This document shows, piece by piece, positions 39,516-48,989 of a DNA stretch of 64,000 bases. The notes under the pieces were generated by a model that saw only the letters and a program-made list of their open reading frames with translations, was not told the origin of the DNA and did not search any database. The stretch's first letter is position 1. Each line of letters begins with the position of its first letter. Where the stretch lies: positions 191 through 64,190 of the forward strand of contig JACMPG010000012.1 in NCBI GenBank assembly GCA_014377625.1, written 5' to 3'. The position numbers and the translations under genes were made by a program. This DNA is from Spirosoma sp. (GTDB taxonomy: Bacteria > Bacteroidota > Bacteroidia > Cytophagales > Spirosomataceae).

Positions 39516-39914
39516 CTATAGCACTTTCTTACGCCCCTCCTTCACCTCGCTCTTCCGCTTTTTACTGGCCAGCCGTTTGGCTACGACTGCCTTCGAGGGT
39601 CGCGTTTTTTTGCGGGCTTTTACCGGCATAAATGCCTGTTCGATGAGCCGGTAAAACTTCTTCGTCACCTTCTCTTTATTGGCCAGTTGCGTCCGTTCGG
39701 TTTGGTGGGTTAGCACCAGTTCGCCGTCGGTAGTGAGTTTATTGGCCCATTTTTCTTCCAGAATAGCCCGTTCGTTGTCGGTAAGTAGCGTTGAGTGACG
39801 GACGTCGAAGCGCAATTCTGCTTTGGTGGCTACTTTATTCACATTCTGCCCGCCTGCGCCCCCACTACGCGAAAATCGGTACTGTATGTCAGGCTGAAGT
39901 TGGGTGGCATCCAT
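39516..39914 (-). CDS. arfB: Alternative ribosome rescue factor ArfB
   Basis: SRSGGAGGQNVNKV, RTQLANKE, basic C-terminal tail. Confidence 0.93.
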   Translation of the reverse strand: MDATQLQPDIQYRFSRSGGAGGQNVNKVATKAELRFDVRHSTLLTDNERAILEEKWANKLTTDGELVLTHQTERTQLANKEKVTKKFYRLIEQAFMPVKARKKTRPSKAVVAKRLASKKRKSEVKEGRKKVL

Positions 39915-40018
39915 GAGTAGTCGAGTCAGGTAATAGGATTTAGCGGGAAAGGATCCCGCCCGACGAACAATAGGCCGGGCAGCGGGTTCTTCTGTTCAAA
40001 ACTAAACCATTCAACGTT

Positions 40019-40351
40019 ATGGCCCATGCACACCCGTCAACAATGATTGACGAAACTATACAGACTCTCAACATGCCTGCGCAACCCACCAGCGCCAATG
40101 ACTTAATCAAAGACTGGATTTCGGTCCTCAACCATACCGACGGGGCCGATGCACCCGCTAATACGCTGACGGCTCTCTACGACGAACTGCACAACCCAGA
40201 ACCCGGTGCTGAACGTGTTCATAACCTCCTAAATCAGATGGCCCAGCAGATTGAATCGCTCGCACCCACAACTGGCAACGTTTACATGGGGCATCTACAG
40301 CAACTGGCTGCGTCGTTGCGTTCGTTTAGCACTGGCCTGAATGACCTTTAA
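40019..40351 (+). CDS. Small helical hypothetical protein (paralog 1)
   Basis: IDETIQTL..LIKDWISVL..LTALYDEL..LQQLAASL. Confidence 0.7.
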   Translation: MAHAHPSTMIDETIQTLNMPAQPTSANDLIKDWISVLNHTDGADAPANTLTALYDELHNPEPGAERVHNLLNQMAQQIESLAPTTGNVYMGHLQQLAASLRSFSTGLNDL

Positions 40352-40372
40352 TTCAGTAAACCAAAAATTCTT

Positions 40373-40643
40373 GTGGCCGATCAAAATCAAACAATCGACA
40401 TGACGCTTCACCAGACCCTAAACACGCTGAGTGAAGGCATTTCGAGTACAACACCCGATCAGGGTGCGAATCTTATTGACGACTGGATCAGCATCGTTGG
40501 CACGCACAGCAGAAGTTACCATGCGTGATTTGGCTGGTATCACCATCGACCTCACTAATAACGCGGCAGATCAGACCTATCAGCAGGATTTACAGAATCT
40601 ATCGACCGCGCTCAACGACTTTGCAAGCGGACTTTTTCAATAA
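40373..40643 (+). pseudogene. Frameshifted, internally deleted paralog 2
   Basis: GTG 40373 ...LHQTLNTL..GANLIDDWISIV stops at 40528; C-terminus MRDLA..LQNLSTALNDFASGL is in another frame ending 40643. Confidence 0.65.
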
Positions 40644-40659
40644 CCATACGAACAAAACC

Positions 40660-41025
40660 ATGATAGCCAAGAACGAAGAACAGATTTCGTTAATAGACGA
40701 AACTGTTAATGCATTTGATAGCGACATCAACAATGTTGAGCCGAAAGACGGCATCGACATTATCGATAAGTGGCTTGACCGGCTCGACGAAGCGGGCGAT
40801 GACGCTACGGATGAGATTGCCGACACGCTCGAAGAGCTCCGCGCCGAACTCGATCCTGAGGAGAATGAAGGCCAACCCGACGCGCAGACTATAGCCGAGA
40901 TTCTTGAGGATCTAATTTCACAGACTCAGAGCGTGATGAAATCGCCCGAAGCCACCGCCGAGCAAACCGAACTCTCGCAACTGGTGGCTACGCTTGAGAA
41001 TATACACCGTCAGCTAACAGCCTGA
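40660..41025 (+). CDS. Small acidic helical hypothetical protein (paralog 3)
   Basis: LIDETVNAF..GIDIIDKWLDRL..LEELRAEL..LSQLVATL. Confidence 0.7.
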   Translation: MIAKNEEQISLIDETVNAFDSDINNVEPKDGIDIIDKWLDRLDEAGDDATDEIADTLEELRAELDPEENEGQPDAQTIAEILEDLISQTQSVMKSPEATAEQTELSQLVATLENIHRQLTA

Positions 41026-41034
41026 TTCATCGTA

Positions 41035-41064
41035 CAACCCGCTTCGTGCTAAACAGGCGGGTTG
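41035..41064. terminator. Bidirectional terminator
   Basis: caacccgc...gcgggttg between convergent genes. Confidence 0.55.
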
Positions 41065-41076
41065 TTACTTACAATT

Positions 41077-41553
41077 CTAACGCAACAACGCCACGATCCT
41101 CGCCAGCCCCTCGGCGTCAACATCGCTGAAGTCGTTGAGTTGGTTGCTGTCTATGTCCAACACCATTGTTACGTCTCCGGCCTGGTTGAATACCGGCACT
41201 ACAATCTCGGATTTTGACGCCGACGAGCAGACAATGTGGCCTGGAAATGCATCAACGTCGGGTACAATTATCGTCTCACCCTTCGCCCAGGCGGTGCCGC
41301 AAACGCCCCTGCCGTAGTTGATTCTCGTGCAGGCAATTGGCCCCTGAAACGGCCCGAGCACCAGTTGATTATCCTTCACGAGGTAAAACCCAATCCAGAA
41401 AAAACCAAATGCTTCTTTGAGCGCGGCTACGCTATTGGCTAAGTTGGCTATCAAATCCGGCTCACCGTTAACGAGCGAGGCAATTTGCGGTACCAGACCA
41501 TCGTAGATGACCCGGCGGTCCTGCGTTTGGGGAAGAATAAGCGTTTCGGCCAT
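41077..41553 (-). CDS. GAF-domain free methionine-R-sulfoxide reductase (MsrC-like)
   Basis: WIGFYL, LGPFQGPIAC, GVCG, FPGHIVC, SEIVVP, LDIDS. Confidence 0.88.
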   Translation of the reverse strand: MAETLILPQTQDRRVIYDGLVPQIASLVNGEPDLIANLANSVAALKEAFGFFWIGFYLVKDNQLVLGPFQGPIACTRINYGRGVCGTAWAKGETIIVPDVDAFPGHIVCSSASKSEIVVPVFNQAGDVTMVLDIDSNQLNDFSDVDAEGLARIVALLR

Positions 41554-41567
41554 ATATCGGTGTACTG

Positions 41568-42074
41568 TCAATTACGGGTAAAGAACTGAATCAGCACAAT
41601 ACTGATGGTCGTAAGCAATGCACTGGCGGCAATTTTGATGAGCGTAGGAACAAGCAGTGTCAGACTGCTGGCTTCGATGAAAAACAGGGCTGAATGGTGA
41701 ATTAGGGCCATAATAAAGACGTACCGAAAAAACACGCCCGTTCCTAATTCCTGCAACGAAAACTCAACGCGAGACTCCCCACCCGGCAGGTCAATCTGCG
41801 ACCGCACCACCAGCGGACGAACGTAGGCTATCAACACAGTGGCGGCAGCGTGCATACCCAACGTATTATAAAACGTATCGACTACCACGCCGGTTATAAA
41901 CGCTATCAGCAACAGCCAGGTCAGACTAGTCTCGTTAGGCAACAACAGAATACAGGCAATGTACAGGAAGCAGAATCCGTAATCGAACAGGATAACATTC
42001 CGCGCCAGTAGAATCTGGAGCGTAAGATATAGCAGGAAAAGAAACGCGGTAGATACGATTTCGCGAAGGGTCAT
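41568..42074 (-). CDS. mreD: Rod shape-determining protein MreD
   Basis: Hydrophobic, G..VD.F..T.G.HA; follows mreC. Confidence 0.82.
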   Translation of the reverse strand: MTLREIVSTAFLFLLYLTLQILLARNVILFDYGFCFLYIACILLLPNETSLTWLLLIAFITGVVVDTFYNTLGMHAAATVLIAYVRPLVVRSQIDLPGGESRVEFSLQELGTGVFFRYVFIMALIHHSALFFIEASSLTLLVPTLIKIAASALLTTISIVLIQFFTRN

Positions 42075-42907
42075 TTGTCGGTTTCAACTTGGTCTTCCAA
42101 CTGTTTCTGTGCGCTTTGCAACCTATTTTCAACCACATAGACGAACGACAGGTTGCTGAAGTTAGTGGCCAGGTTGAGCGTAATGTCGTGAAAGGTTTGG
42201 TTCGGCTGTACACCTATCTTCAGCACGCGCCCCACCAGTATGCCGGGAGGAAACGTCGAGTTAAATTCAGACGTTACGACCGAGTCGCCCTTCGCCACGG
42301 GTTTATAGCGCGAGATAGCATCTAACTTAATCAGTTTAGGGTCGATACCATCCCATTTAGCGGTACCAATTTCGTCGGCTTTCTCCAGTTTTGAAGAGAC
42401 CAGAAAATCGGAATGCAGAATAGAGGTGATAACCGAGAAATGCGCATTGCAGAGTTTAATCTTCCCCACAACTCCCGTTGGCGAAATAACGCCCATGCCG
42501 GGCCGGATACCGTCAAGGGTGCCTTTGTCGATAGTGATGTAGTTGTTGGCAAACTGCGTCGTGTTATTCACCACCTTGGCTACCGTAAACTTGAACCGGT
42601 CGGCAAAGGCCGAGTCAGCAGCATATTCGGCGGGGGCAGGCGGGCGGCTTTGCAGCAGTAGTGTTACCTGCTTGTTGAGCCGCTCGTTTTCCTGAGCCAG
42701 ATCAGTATTTACCTGTCTCAGATTAGCGTACGCGTTGGCCGCGTTGGACCAGTCCAGCACCTTAGCCGCGTAATAATTCGAGGTGTTGAAGTACGTTACT
42801 CCCCAGTAATTGCTGGAACTGATAATGAAGTAAAAGCACAGCACTTCCAGCAACACAAAGAGAATGAAGTTGCGGCTCCGAACAAAAAAATCGACTAACT
42901 CACTCAT
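42071..42907 (-). CDS. mreC: Rod shape-determining protein MreC
   Basis: N-terminal TM, coiled coil, ITIDKG..DGI..GMGV, FPPGILVG. Confidence 0.92.
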   Translation of the reverse strand: MSELVDFFVRSRNFILFVLLEVLCFYFIISSSNYWGVTYFNTSNYYAAKVLDWSNAANAYANLRQVNTDLAQENERLNKQVTLLLQSRPPAPAEYAADSAFADRFKFTVAKVVNNTTQFANNYITIDKGTLDGIRPGMGVISPTGVVGKIKLCNAHFSVITSILHSDFLVSSKLEKADEIGTAKWDGIDPKLIKLDAISRYKPVAKGDSVVTSEFNSTFPPGILVGRVLKIGVQPNQTFHDITLNLATNFSNLSFVYVVENRLQSAQKQLEDQVETDK

Positions 42908-42915
42908 TGTATACA

Positions 42916-43011
42916 GTAGGTCGTACGCTCTTGTGCGACCGGCTGCGAAGCAGCAAACACAGTAGTTACGTGTTGCTGACGCGGCTGGTCGCACAAGAGT
43001 GTACGACCTAC
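42916..43011. repeat. GTAG-type REP doublet
   Basis: 25-bp IR (1 mismatch) 42916-42940/42987-43011 filling the mreB-mreC spacer. Confidence 0.85.
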
Positions 43012-43014
43012 ACT

Positions 43015-44040
43015 TTAACTAATCAACACTGACCGGTACAAATCCAGGTTTTTGATAACCTCGCCAGTACCCTTTACTACAGCCTTGAGCGGGTCGTCGG
43101 CCACGTGAATCGGCAGTTTGGTTTTGGCACCGAGCCGCTTATCGAGACCGTGCAGCAGCGCCCCGCCACCCGTCAGGTGAATACCATTGGTGTAAATGTC
43201 TGCCGAAAGTTCCGGGGGCGAAATTTCGAGGGCTTTCATGGTAGCCTCTTCAATCTTCGAGATAGACTTGTCGAGCGCGTAGGCAATCTCGCTATACGTT
43301 ACTTTGATTTCTTTCGGAATACCCGTCATCAAATCGCGGCCCCGTATTTCGTAGTCGGCGGGTGGGTTGTCGAGTTCGGGCAGGGCCGAGCCAACTTCCA
43401 TCTTGATCTGTTCTGCCGAGCGTTCGCCAATGAGCAGGTTGTGTTCCCGACGCATATAATCCACGATGTCGCGGGTAAACACATCCCCCGCAATCCGAAT
43501 CGACTGTTCACAAACGATACCCGACAGCGCAATTACGGCAATTTCTGTCGTGCCGCCCCCAATATCCACGATCATAGTGCCGTTGGGCTGGGTAATGTCG
43601 ATGCCAATACCAATAGCAGCAGCAATCGGCTCGTGCACCATATAGACTTCCTTGGCACCGGCATGCTCGGCAGAGTCTTTTACAGCGCGTTTTTCTACCT
43701 CGGTAATGCCCGATGGAATGCAAATCACCATGCGGTGCGAGGGCGAAAACAGCTTGCTTCCCGTATCAATCATCTTGATCATACCCCGAATCATTAGCTC
43801 AGCTGCCGTAAAATCAGCAATGACGCCATCTTTGAGTGGGCGAATGGTCTTGATGTTTTCGTTGGTTTTTTCGTGCATCTGCATGGCTTTGTGGCCAATA
43901 GCAAGCACTTTCCCAGTCACTTTGTCCATCGCAATGATTGACGGTTCGTCCACCACGATGCGGTCTTTATGAATAATCAGGGTGTTGGCCGTACCCAGGT
44001 CAATGGCAATGTCGCTTGTTAGAAAATTGAAAAGTCCCAT
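43015..44040 (-). CDS. mreB: Actin-like MreB
   Basis: DLGTANT, RPLKDGVIADF, VDIGGGTTE, LTGGGALL. Confidence 0.98.
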   Translation of the reverse strand: MGLFNFLTSDIAIDLGTANTLIIHKDRIVVDEPSIIAMDKVTGKVLAIGHKAMQMHEKTNENIKTIRPLKDGVIADFTAAELMIRGMIKMIDTGSKLFSPSHRMVICIPSGITEVEKRAVKDSAEHAGAKEVYMVHEPIAAAIGIGIDITQPNGTMIVDIGGGTTEIAVIALSGIVCEQSIRIAGDVFTRDIVDYMRREHNLLIGERSAEQIKMEVGSALPELDNPPADYEIRGRDLMTGIPKEIKVTYSEIAYALDKSISKIEEATMKALEISPPELSADIYTNGIHLTGGGALLHGLDKRLGAKTKLPIHVADDPLKAVVKGTGEVIKNLDLYRSVLIS

Positions 44041-44222
44041 TATAGGTTGACGCCGTGCGCCACGTTACGAAAGCTATTTTTGTAAGTTCCGCAAAATTAA
44101 ACGATTAATCACAGAATGATAAATGATGATTTTGGGAAAGCACTCCTTTCGCGAACGATCCGTACAGACCAACTACCTGCAAAAGAGGTACGGCCAACTG
44201 ATTTCACTACTTTTGCAGGACT

Positions 44223-45725
44223 ATGGGAATCCGTTCGGCATTGAGTAAACCGCTGGCAAAATGGGTCGTGCAACAACAGCAGGACTGGATGCACCGACCC
44301 GCCGATGCACAAAACCGCTGGCTGAAAACCTTAATTAAGCGAGGTCAGAATACCGTCTTTGGCCGGGATCATTATCTTGCCGACGTGCAGACCGTTCAGG
44401 ATTTCCGGCAGGCCGTGCCAATTCGGGACTATGAAGATTTGAAGCCCTACGTTGCGCAGGTTCTGAATGGCGACGCCAACGTATTGTGGCCCGGAAAGCC
44501 GCTTTATCTGGCAAAAACATCAGGCACAACGTCCGGTACCAAGTATATTCCCATCACCCGCGAGTCGATTCCGAACCATATCAACTCCGCCCGAGACGCC
44601 CTGCTGAATTACATCAACCAAACTGGCAATAGCGCGTTTCTGGACCATAAGCTGATCTTTCTGTCCGGCAGTCCCGAACTCGACCAAAAGGCGGGTATCA
44701 ACATCGGGCGACTATCGGGCATTGCCAATCACCACGTACCGGCCTATCTGCGTACCAATCAGCTACCGAGTTACGAGACCAATATAATTGAGGACTGGGA
44801 AACCAAACTCGATCGCATCATCGACGAAACCATCGATCAGCCGATGTCGCTGATTTCGGGGATTCCGCCCTGGGTGCAGATGTATTTCGACCGGATTCAG
44901 CAGCGGACGGGTAAGAAAATCAAGGACGTTTTTCCTGATTTTTCGGTCTTCGTCTATGGTGGTGTCAACTTTGAGCCGTACCGCGCCAAACTCTTCGACA
45001 GCATCGGCAAACGCATCGACAGCATCGAAACATATCCCGCATCCGAAGGCTTCATCGCGTTTCAGGATAGCCAAACCGAAGAAGGACTGTTACTCCTGGT
45101 CGACAGTGGTATCTTTTTTGAGTTTATTGCCGCCGACGAGTTCTTTTCCGAAAATCCGGGTCGATTGACCATCGAAGAAGTTGAACTGGGAAGAAACTAC
45201 GCCGTCGTCATCAATAACAACGCCGGTTTATGGGGTTATTCGTTGGGCGATACGGTCAAGTTCGTCAGCCGAGACCCATACCGGCTACTCGTGACGGGAC
45301 GCATCAAGCATTTTATTTCGGCCTTTGGCGAACACGTTATTGGCGAGGAAGTGGAGCGGGCGTTGCAGGATGCTATGGCAAAGCACCCCGAAACCGAGGT
45401 AGTCGAGTTCACCGTTGCGCCAATGGTAAGCCCTGCCGAGGGGTTGCCGTACCACGAATGGCTGATCGAGTTTGCCACGCCCCCAAACGACTCCACTGTC
45501 TTTGCCCGTGACCTGGATACGCGCCTGACCGAACTGAACGTTTATTATGACGACCTCATTACAGGAGCTATTTTGCAACCCCTGCGCCTGACGAGTCTGC
45601 CACGCGAAGCTTTCCAGCAGTACATGAAAAGTCAGGGCAAACTCGGTGGTCAGAACAAAGTACCCCGCCTAAGCAACGACCGCACCCTGGCCGACGGGCT
45701 GTTGGCAACCCTGAAAACGATTTAG
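44223..45725 (+). CDS. GH3 family acyl-adenylate/amido synthetase
   Basis: KTSGTTSGTKYIP, YPASEGF, Y.LGD, GQNKVPRL. Confidence 0.9.
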   Translation: MGIRSALSKPLAKWVVQQQQDWMHRPADAQNRWLKTLIKRGQNTVFGRDHYLADVQTVQDFRQAVPIRDYEDLKPYVAQVLNGDANVLWPGKPLYLAKTSGTTSGTKYIPITRESIPNHINSARDALLNYINQTGNSAFLDHKLIFLSGSPELDQKAGINIGRLSGIANHHVPAYLRTNQLPSYETNIIEDWETKLDRIIDETIDQPMSLISGIPPWVQMYFDRIQQRTGKKIKDVFPDFSVFVYGGVNFEPYRAKLFDSIGKRIDSIETYPASEGFIAFQDSQTEEGLLLLVDSGIFFEFIAADEFFSENPGRLTIEEVELGRNYAVVINNNAGLWGYSLGDTVKFVSRDPYRLLVTGRIKHFISAFGEHVIGEEVERALQDAMAKHPETEVVEFTVAPMVSPAEGLPYHEWLIEFATPPNDSTVFARDLDTRLTELNVYYDDLITGAILQPLRLTSLPREAFQQYMKSQGKLGGQNKVPRLSNDRTLADGLLATLKTI

Positions 45726-45730
45726 AATCT

Positions 45731-45955
45731 ATGGAAGCAATCAATTACCTGACGGATGCCAATGGCCACAGAAAGGCCATTGTTATTGATTACGACGCAT
45801 TCAAACGAAGTGGAAAAACAGGGCGTGACATAGTGAACGAGTTGCTCGAAGACATAGAGGACCTACTTGACGTAGAGGCCGTGAGAAATGAGGAAATTAT
45901 TGCCTGGGAAGAAGTCAAAGCACAGCTAAAAAACGAAGGGCTATTAGACGAATGA
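45731..45955 (+). CDS. Putative antitoxin
   Basis: 74 aa acidic (LEDIEDLLD..WEEVK), overlaps the RelE start. Confidence 0.75.
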   Translation: MEAINYLTDANGHRKAIVIDYDAFKRSGKTGRDIVNELLEDIEDLLDVEAVRNEEIIAWEEVKAQLKNEGLLDE

Positions 45956-46209
45956 GTTATACAATTACCTTTAAAAAATCTGCGTCAAAGCAACTCAGAA
46001 AGCTGCCGAAAGCTGTACTTGCTAACGTAGCTTCGGCAGTTGACGATCTCGCAAACGAACCACGACCAGACAGTTGCAAAAAACTCAAAGGTACTGACGA
46101 TGTCTATCGCATCCGAGTTGGCGACTACCGGGTTCTTTACACGGTTGATGACAGCATCATTACGGTAGAAGTAATTAAAGTAGGCAACCGGAAAGATGTT
46201 TATGACTGA
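45952..46209 (+). CDS. RelE/ParE family toxin
   Basis: ASKQLRKL, KKLKG, YRIRVGDYRVLY, VGNRKDVY. Confidence 0.92.
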   Translation: MSYTITFKKSASKQLRKLPKAVLANVASAVDDLANEPRPDSCKKLKGTDDVYRIRVGDYRVLYTVDDSIITVEVIKVGNRKDVYD

Positions 46210-47374
46210 CCAGAAAAAACGACATATCGCCATCCTCGGCTCAACGGGGTCTATCGGCACACAGGCAGTGGAGGTGATCAAAGCCCACCCTGACCGGTTT
46301 CAGGTGGAGGTGCTGACCACCAATAACAACGCCGAACTACTCATTGAACAGGCCGTTGCGCTAAACCCAAACGTAGTGGTGATCTGCAACGAAGCCCGCT
46401 ATGACCAGGTCTTTGCTGCACTCGACCCGCTGGGGATCAAGGTCTATGCCGGGGCCGCGTCCATAGCCTCGGTAATGCAGATGGATAGCATCGACATTGT
46501 TTTGACAGCGATGGTAGGCTATGCCGGGCTGCTGCCGACCATGCGGGCTATTGAAGCGGGCAAGACTATTGCGCTGGCTAATAAGGAAACGCTGGTTGTA
46601 GCGGGTGAACTCATTACGCGCATGGCCGCGCAGAAAGGCGTCAACATCCTGCCCGTTGATTCAGAACACTCGGCTATTTTTCAGTGTCTGGTCGGCGAGT
46701 TTCATAATCCCATCGAGAAGATTATCCTAACGGCGTCGGGCGGGCCGTTTCGGGGGCGGGACCGGGCGTTTCTGGCTGGCGTGACCAAAGCGCAGGCTCT
46801 GAAACACCCCAACTGGACAATGGGCGCGAAAATCACCATCGACTCAGCCACGCTGATGAACAAGGGACTGGAGGTGATTGAAGCAAAGTGGCTGTTTGGT
46901 TTGACGCCCGCGCAAATCGACGTAGTGGTGCATCCGCAGAGCATTATCCACTCGCTGGTGCAGTTTGAAGACGGGAGCCTGAAAGCGCAGATGGGCCTAC
47001 CCGACATGCGCCTGCCAATTCAGTTTGCGCTGGGGTATCCCAACCGGCTCCGCTCTGACTTTCCGCGCTTCAACTTCATGGATTACCCATCGCTGACGTT
47101 CGAGCAGCCAGATATGGAAACGTTTCGTAACCTGCAACTGGCCTTCGACGCCCTTGACCGGGGAGGAAATGCCCCCTGTATCATCAACGCAGCCAACGAA
47201 ATAGCAGTCGATGCCTTTTTGAATGATCAGATTGGCTTTCTTGAAATTTCAGATGTAATCGAGTCGTGTCTTGGTGCGGCAACGTTCGTTAAAAATCCGG
47301 CGTATGAAGATTACGTAGCGTCGGACGAGGAAACCCGGCGACTAGCCGGTGAACGAATCAAAAGTTTAGTTTAG
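46202..47374 (+). CDS. dxr: 1-deoxy-D-xylulose-5-phosphate reductoisomerase
   Basis: LGSTGSIG, LANKE, PVDSEH, KITIDSATLMNKGLE, NAANE. Confidence 0.97.
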   Translation: MTDQKKRHIAILGSTGSIGTQAVEVIKAHPDRFQVEVLTTNNNAELLIEQAVALNPNVVVICNEARYDQVFAALDPLGIKVYAGAASIASVMQMDSIDIVLTAMVGYAGLLPTMRAIEAGKTIALANKETLVVAGELITRMAAQKGVNILPVDSEHSAIFQCLVGEFHNPIEKIILTASGGPFRGRDRAFLAGVTKAQALKHPNWTMGAKITIDSATLMNKGLEVIEAKWLFGLTPAQIDVVVHPQSIIHSLVQFEDGSLKAQMGLPDMRLPIQFALGYPNRLRSDFPRFNFMDYPSLTFEQPDMETFRNLQLAFDALDRGGNAPCIINAANEIAVDAFLNDQIGFLEISDVIESCLGAATFVKNPAYEDYVASDEETRRLAGERIKSLV

Positions 47375-47450
47375 TGGTTTTGTTCAGAGAACCTTAACAG
47401 CTCTTGAAAGAACTACAACAGACATTTTTTCTGAGCGAAAGCCTGTTACA

Positions 47451-47528
47451 ATGACATACTGGGTTTGGTTTATCGTCGGCCTGGCGGTCGGCATCTTTAT
47501 TCTACGGACATTGCGCCGTAAATCGTGA
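47451..47528 (+). CDS. Putative 25-aa single-pass membrane peptide
   Basis: MTYWVWFIVGLAVGIFILRTLRRKS*; below the ORF-track cutoff. Confidence 0.5.
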   Translation: MTYWVWFIVGLAVGIFILRTLRRKS

Positions 47529-47574
47529 ACATTATAACTGACCGGCAACGGCCTAAATTCGTAAATAAGCTTAC

Positions 47575-48891
47575 ATGGAAATTGCAATCATGGCCGGGCA
47601 GCTCATTCTGGGCTTGTCCATTTTAGTTGGTCTCCACGAACTGGGGCATTTAGTTGCCGCCAAAGCTTTCGGAATGCGCGTGGAGCAGTATTTTATCGGC
47701 TTTCCGCCTAAGGTATGGAGCATCCGCCGGGGCGAAACCGAGTACGGTATCGGTGCCATCCCACTCGGTGGCTTTGTCAAAATATCGGGTATGATCGATG
47801 AATCGCTCGATACGAAACATACCTCAACCGAGCCGCAGCCCTACGAGTTTCGGGCCAAACCCGCCTGGCAGCGGCTCATTGTCATGCTTGGCGGTATCAT
47901 TGTCAACGTCATTGTCGGCATCCTGATTTTTGTGGTGCTGGCGTATAAAAACGGCAACACGTATCTGGCCGTCAAAGACGCGAAGTACGGTATTGTTGCC
48001 TATGAACTGGCGCAGCAAATTGGCCTGAAAACGGGCGATAAGATCGTGAAGGTAAACGGCAAAACGATTACCGATTTTAGCGATACGCGTAGTTCAGAGG
48101 TATTTCTGGGCACCAACAGTTCGTACACGGTAGATCGTAACGGCCAACTAATCGACATCGACATTCCGAATAACTTCATCGATAAGATTGCTGATAAGAA
48201 AAGCGCGGCCCTGTTTATCGAGCCCGTTATGCCGTTTGAAGTTGGTTCGCTGGCTCCCGGTACGCCCGCCGAGAAGGCAGGACTGGAACCCGGCGATAAG
48301 ATTGTGAGTGCCAACGGCAAACCCATCCAGTTTTATCATGAGTACATTGAAACGGTGAAACCCCTGCACAGCAAGCCACTCACGCTGGGGATTATGCGTA
48401 ATAACAAACCCCTGACTATCAAGCTAACTACGCTGGATGACGGCACGATCGGCTTCTTCTCGAAATCGCTGCTGAATACCACGACCGAAGAATACACGTT
48501 TGGTCAGGCACTGGTAGTTGGTACGCAAAAAGCATTTGGCGTAGTGTATGACAACATCAAAGGCTTCGGTAAGATTTTCCGGGGTGATGTTTCGGCATCT
48601 AAAGCACTGAGCGGGCCGATTGGCATTGCCCAGAATCTGTTTGGTGGCGTCTGGGTCTGGGATCGATTCTGGACTGTTACGGGTCTGCTGTCAATGGCCC
48701 TCGCCTTTATGAACGCCCTACCCATTCCGGCTCTCGATGGTGGTCATGCCACCATTTTGAGCTACGAAATCATTTCGGGCCGTAAGCCTTCTGACCGGTT
48801 CCTTGAAGGTGCGCAAAAAGTAGGCATGGTGCTGTTGCTTGGCCTGATGGCATTCGCGATTTTCAATGATGTATTCAAAGCATTTTTCTGA
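47575..48891 (+). CDS. rseP: RIP metalloprotease RseP
   Basis: HELGH, IPLGGFVKI, two PDZ domains, NALPIPALDGGH. Confidence 0.96.
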   Translation: MEIAIMAGQLILGLSILVGLHELGHLVAAKAFGMRVEQYFIGFPPKVWSIRRGETEYGIGAIPLGGFVKISGMIDESLDTKHTSTEPQPYEFRAKPAWQRLIVMLGGIIVNVIVGILIFVVLAYKNGNTYLAVKDAKYGIVAYELAQQIGLKTGDKIVKVNGKTITDFSDTRSSEVFLGTNSSYTVDRNGQLIDIDIPNNFIDKIADKKSAALFIEPVMPFEVGSLAPGTPAEKAGLEPGDKIVSANGKPIQFYHEYIETVKPLHSKPLTLGIMRNNKPLTIKLTTLDDGTIGFFSKSLLNTTTEEYTFGQALVVGTQKAFGVVYDNIKGFGKIFRGDVSASKALSGPIGIAQNLFGGVWVWDRFWTVTGLLSMALAFMNALPIPALDGGHATILSYEIISGRKPSDRFLEGAQKVGMVLLLGLMAFAIFNDVFKAFF

Positions 48892-48903
48892 TAAGTCATT
48901 GAA

Positions 48904-48989
48904 AAACACAGAAATAGATATACCACAGAGAAAATTGTTTTGGAGAGTAATCTCCGTTTTCTCTCTGGTACCTCTGTTCCTCTGTGTTT
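48904..48989. repeat. Degenerate AACACAGAG-type palindrome overlapping the next CDS
   Basis: aaacacagaaatagatataccacagagaaaa / ttttctctctggtacctctgttcctctgtgttt. Confidence 0.7.
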
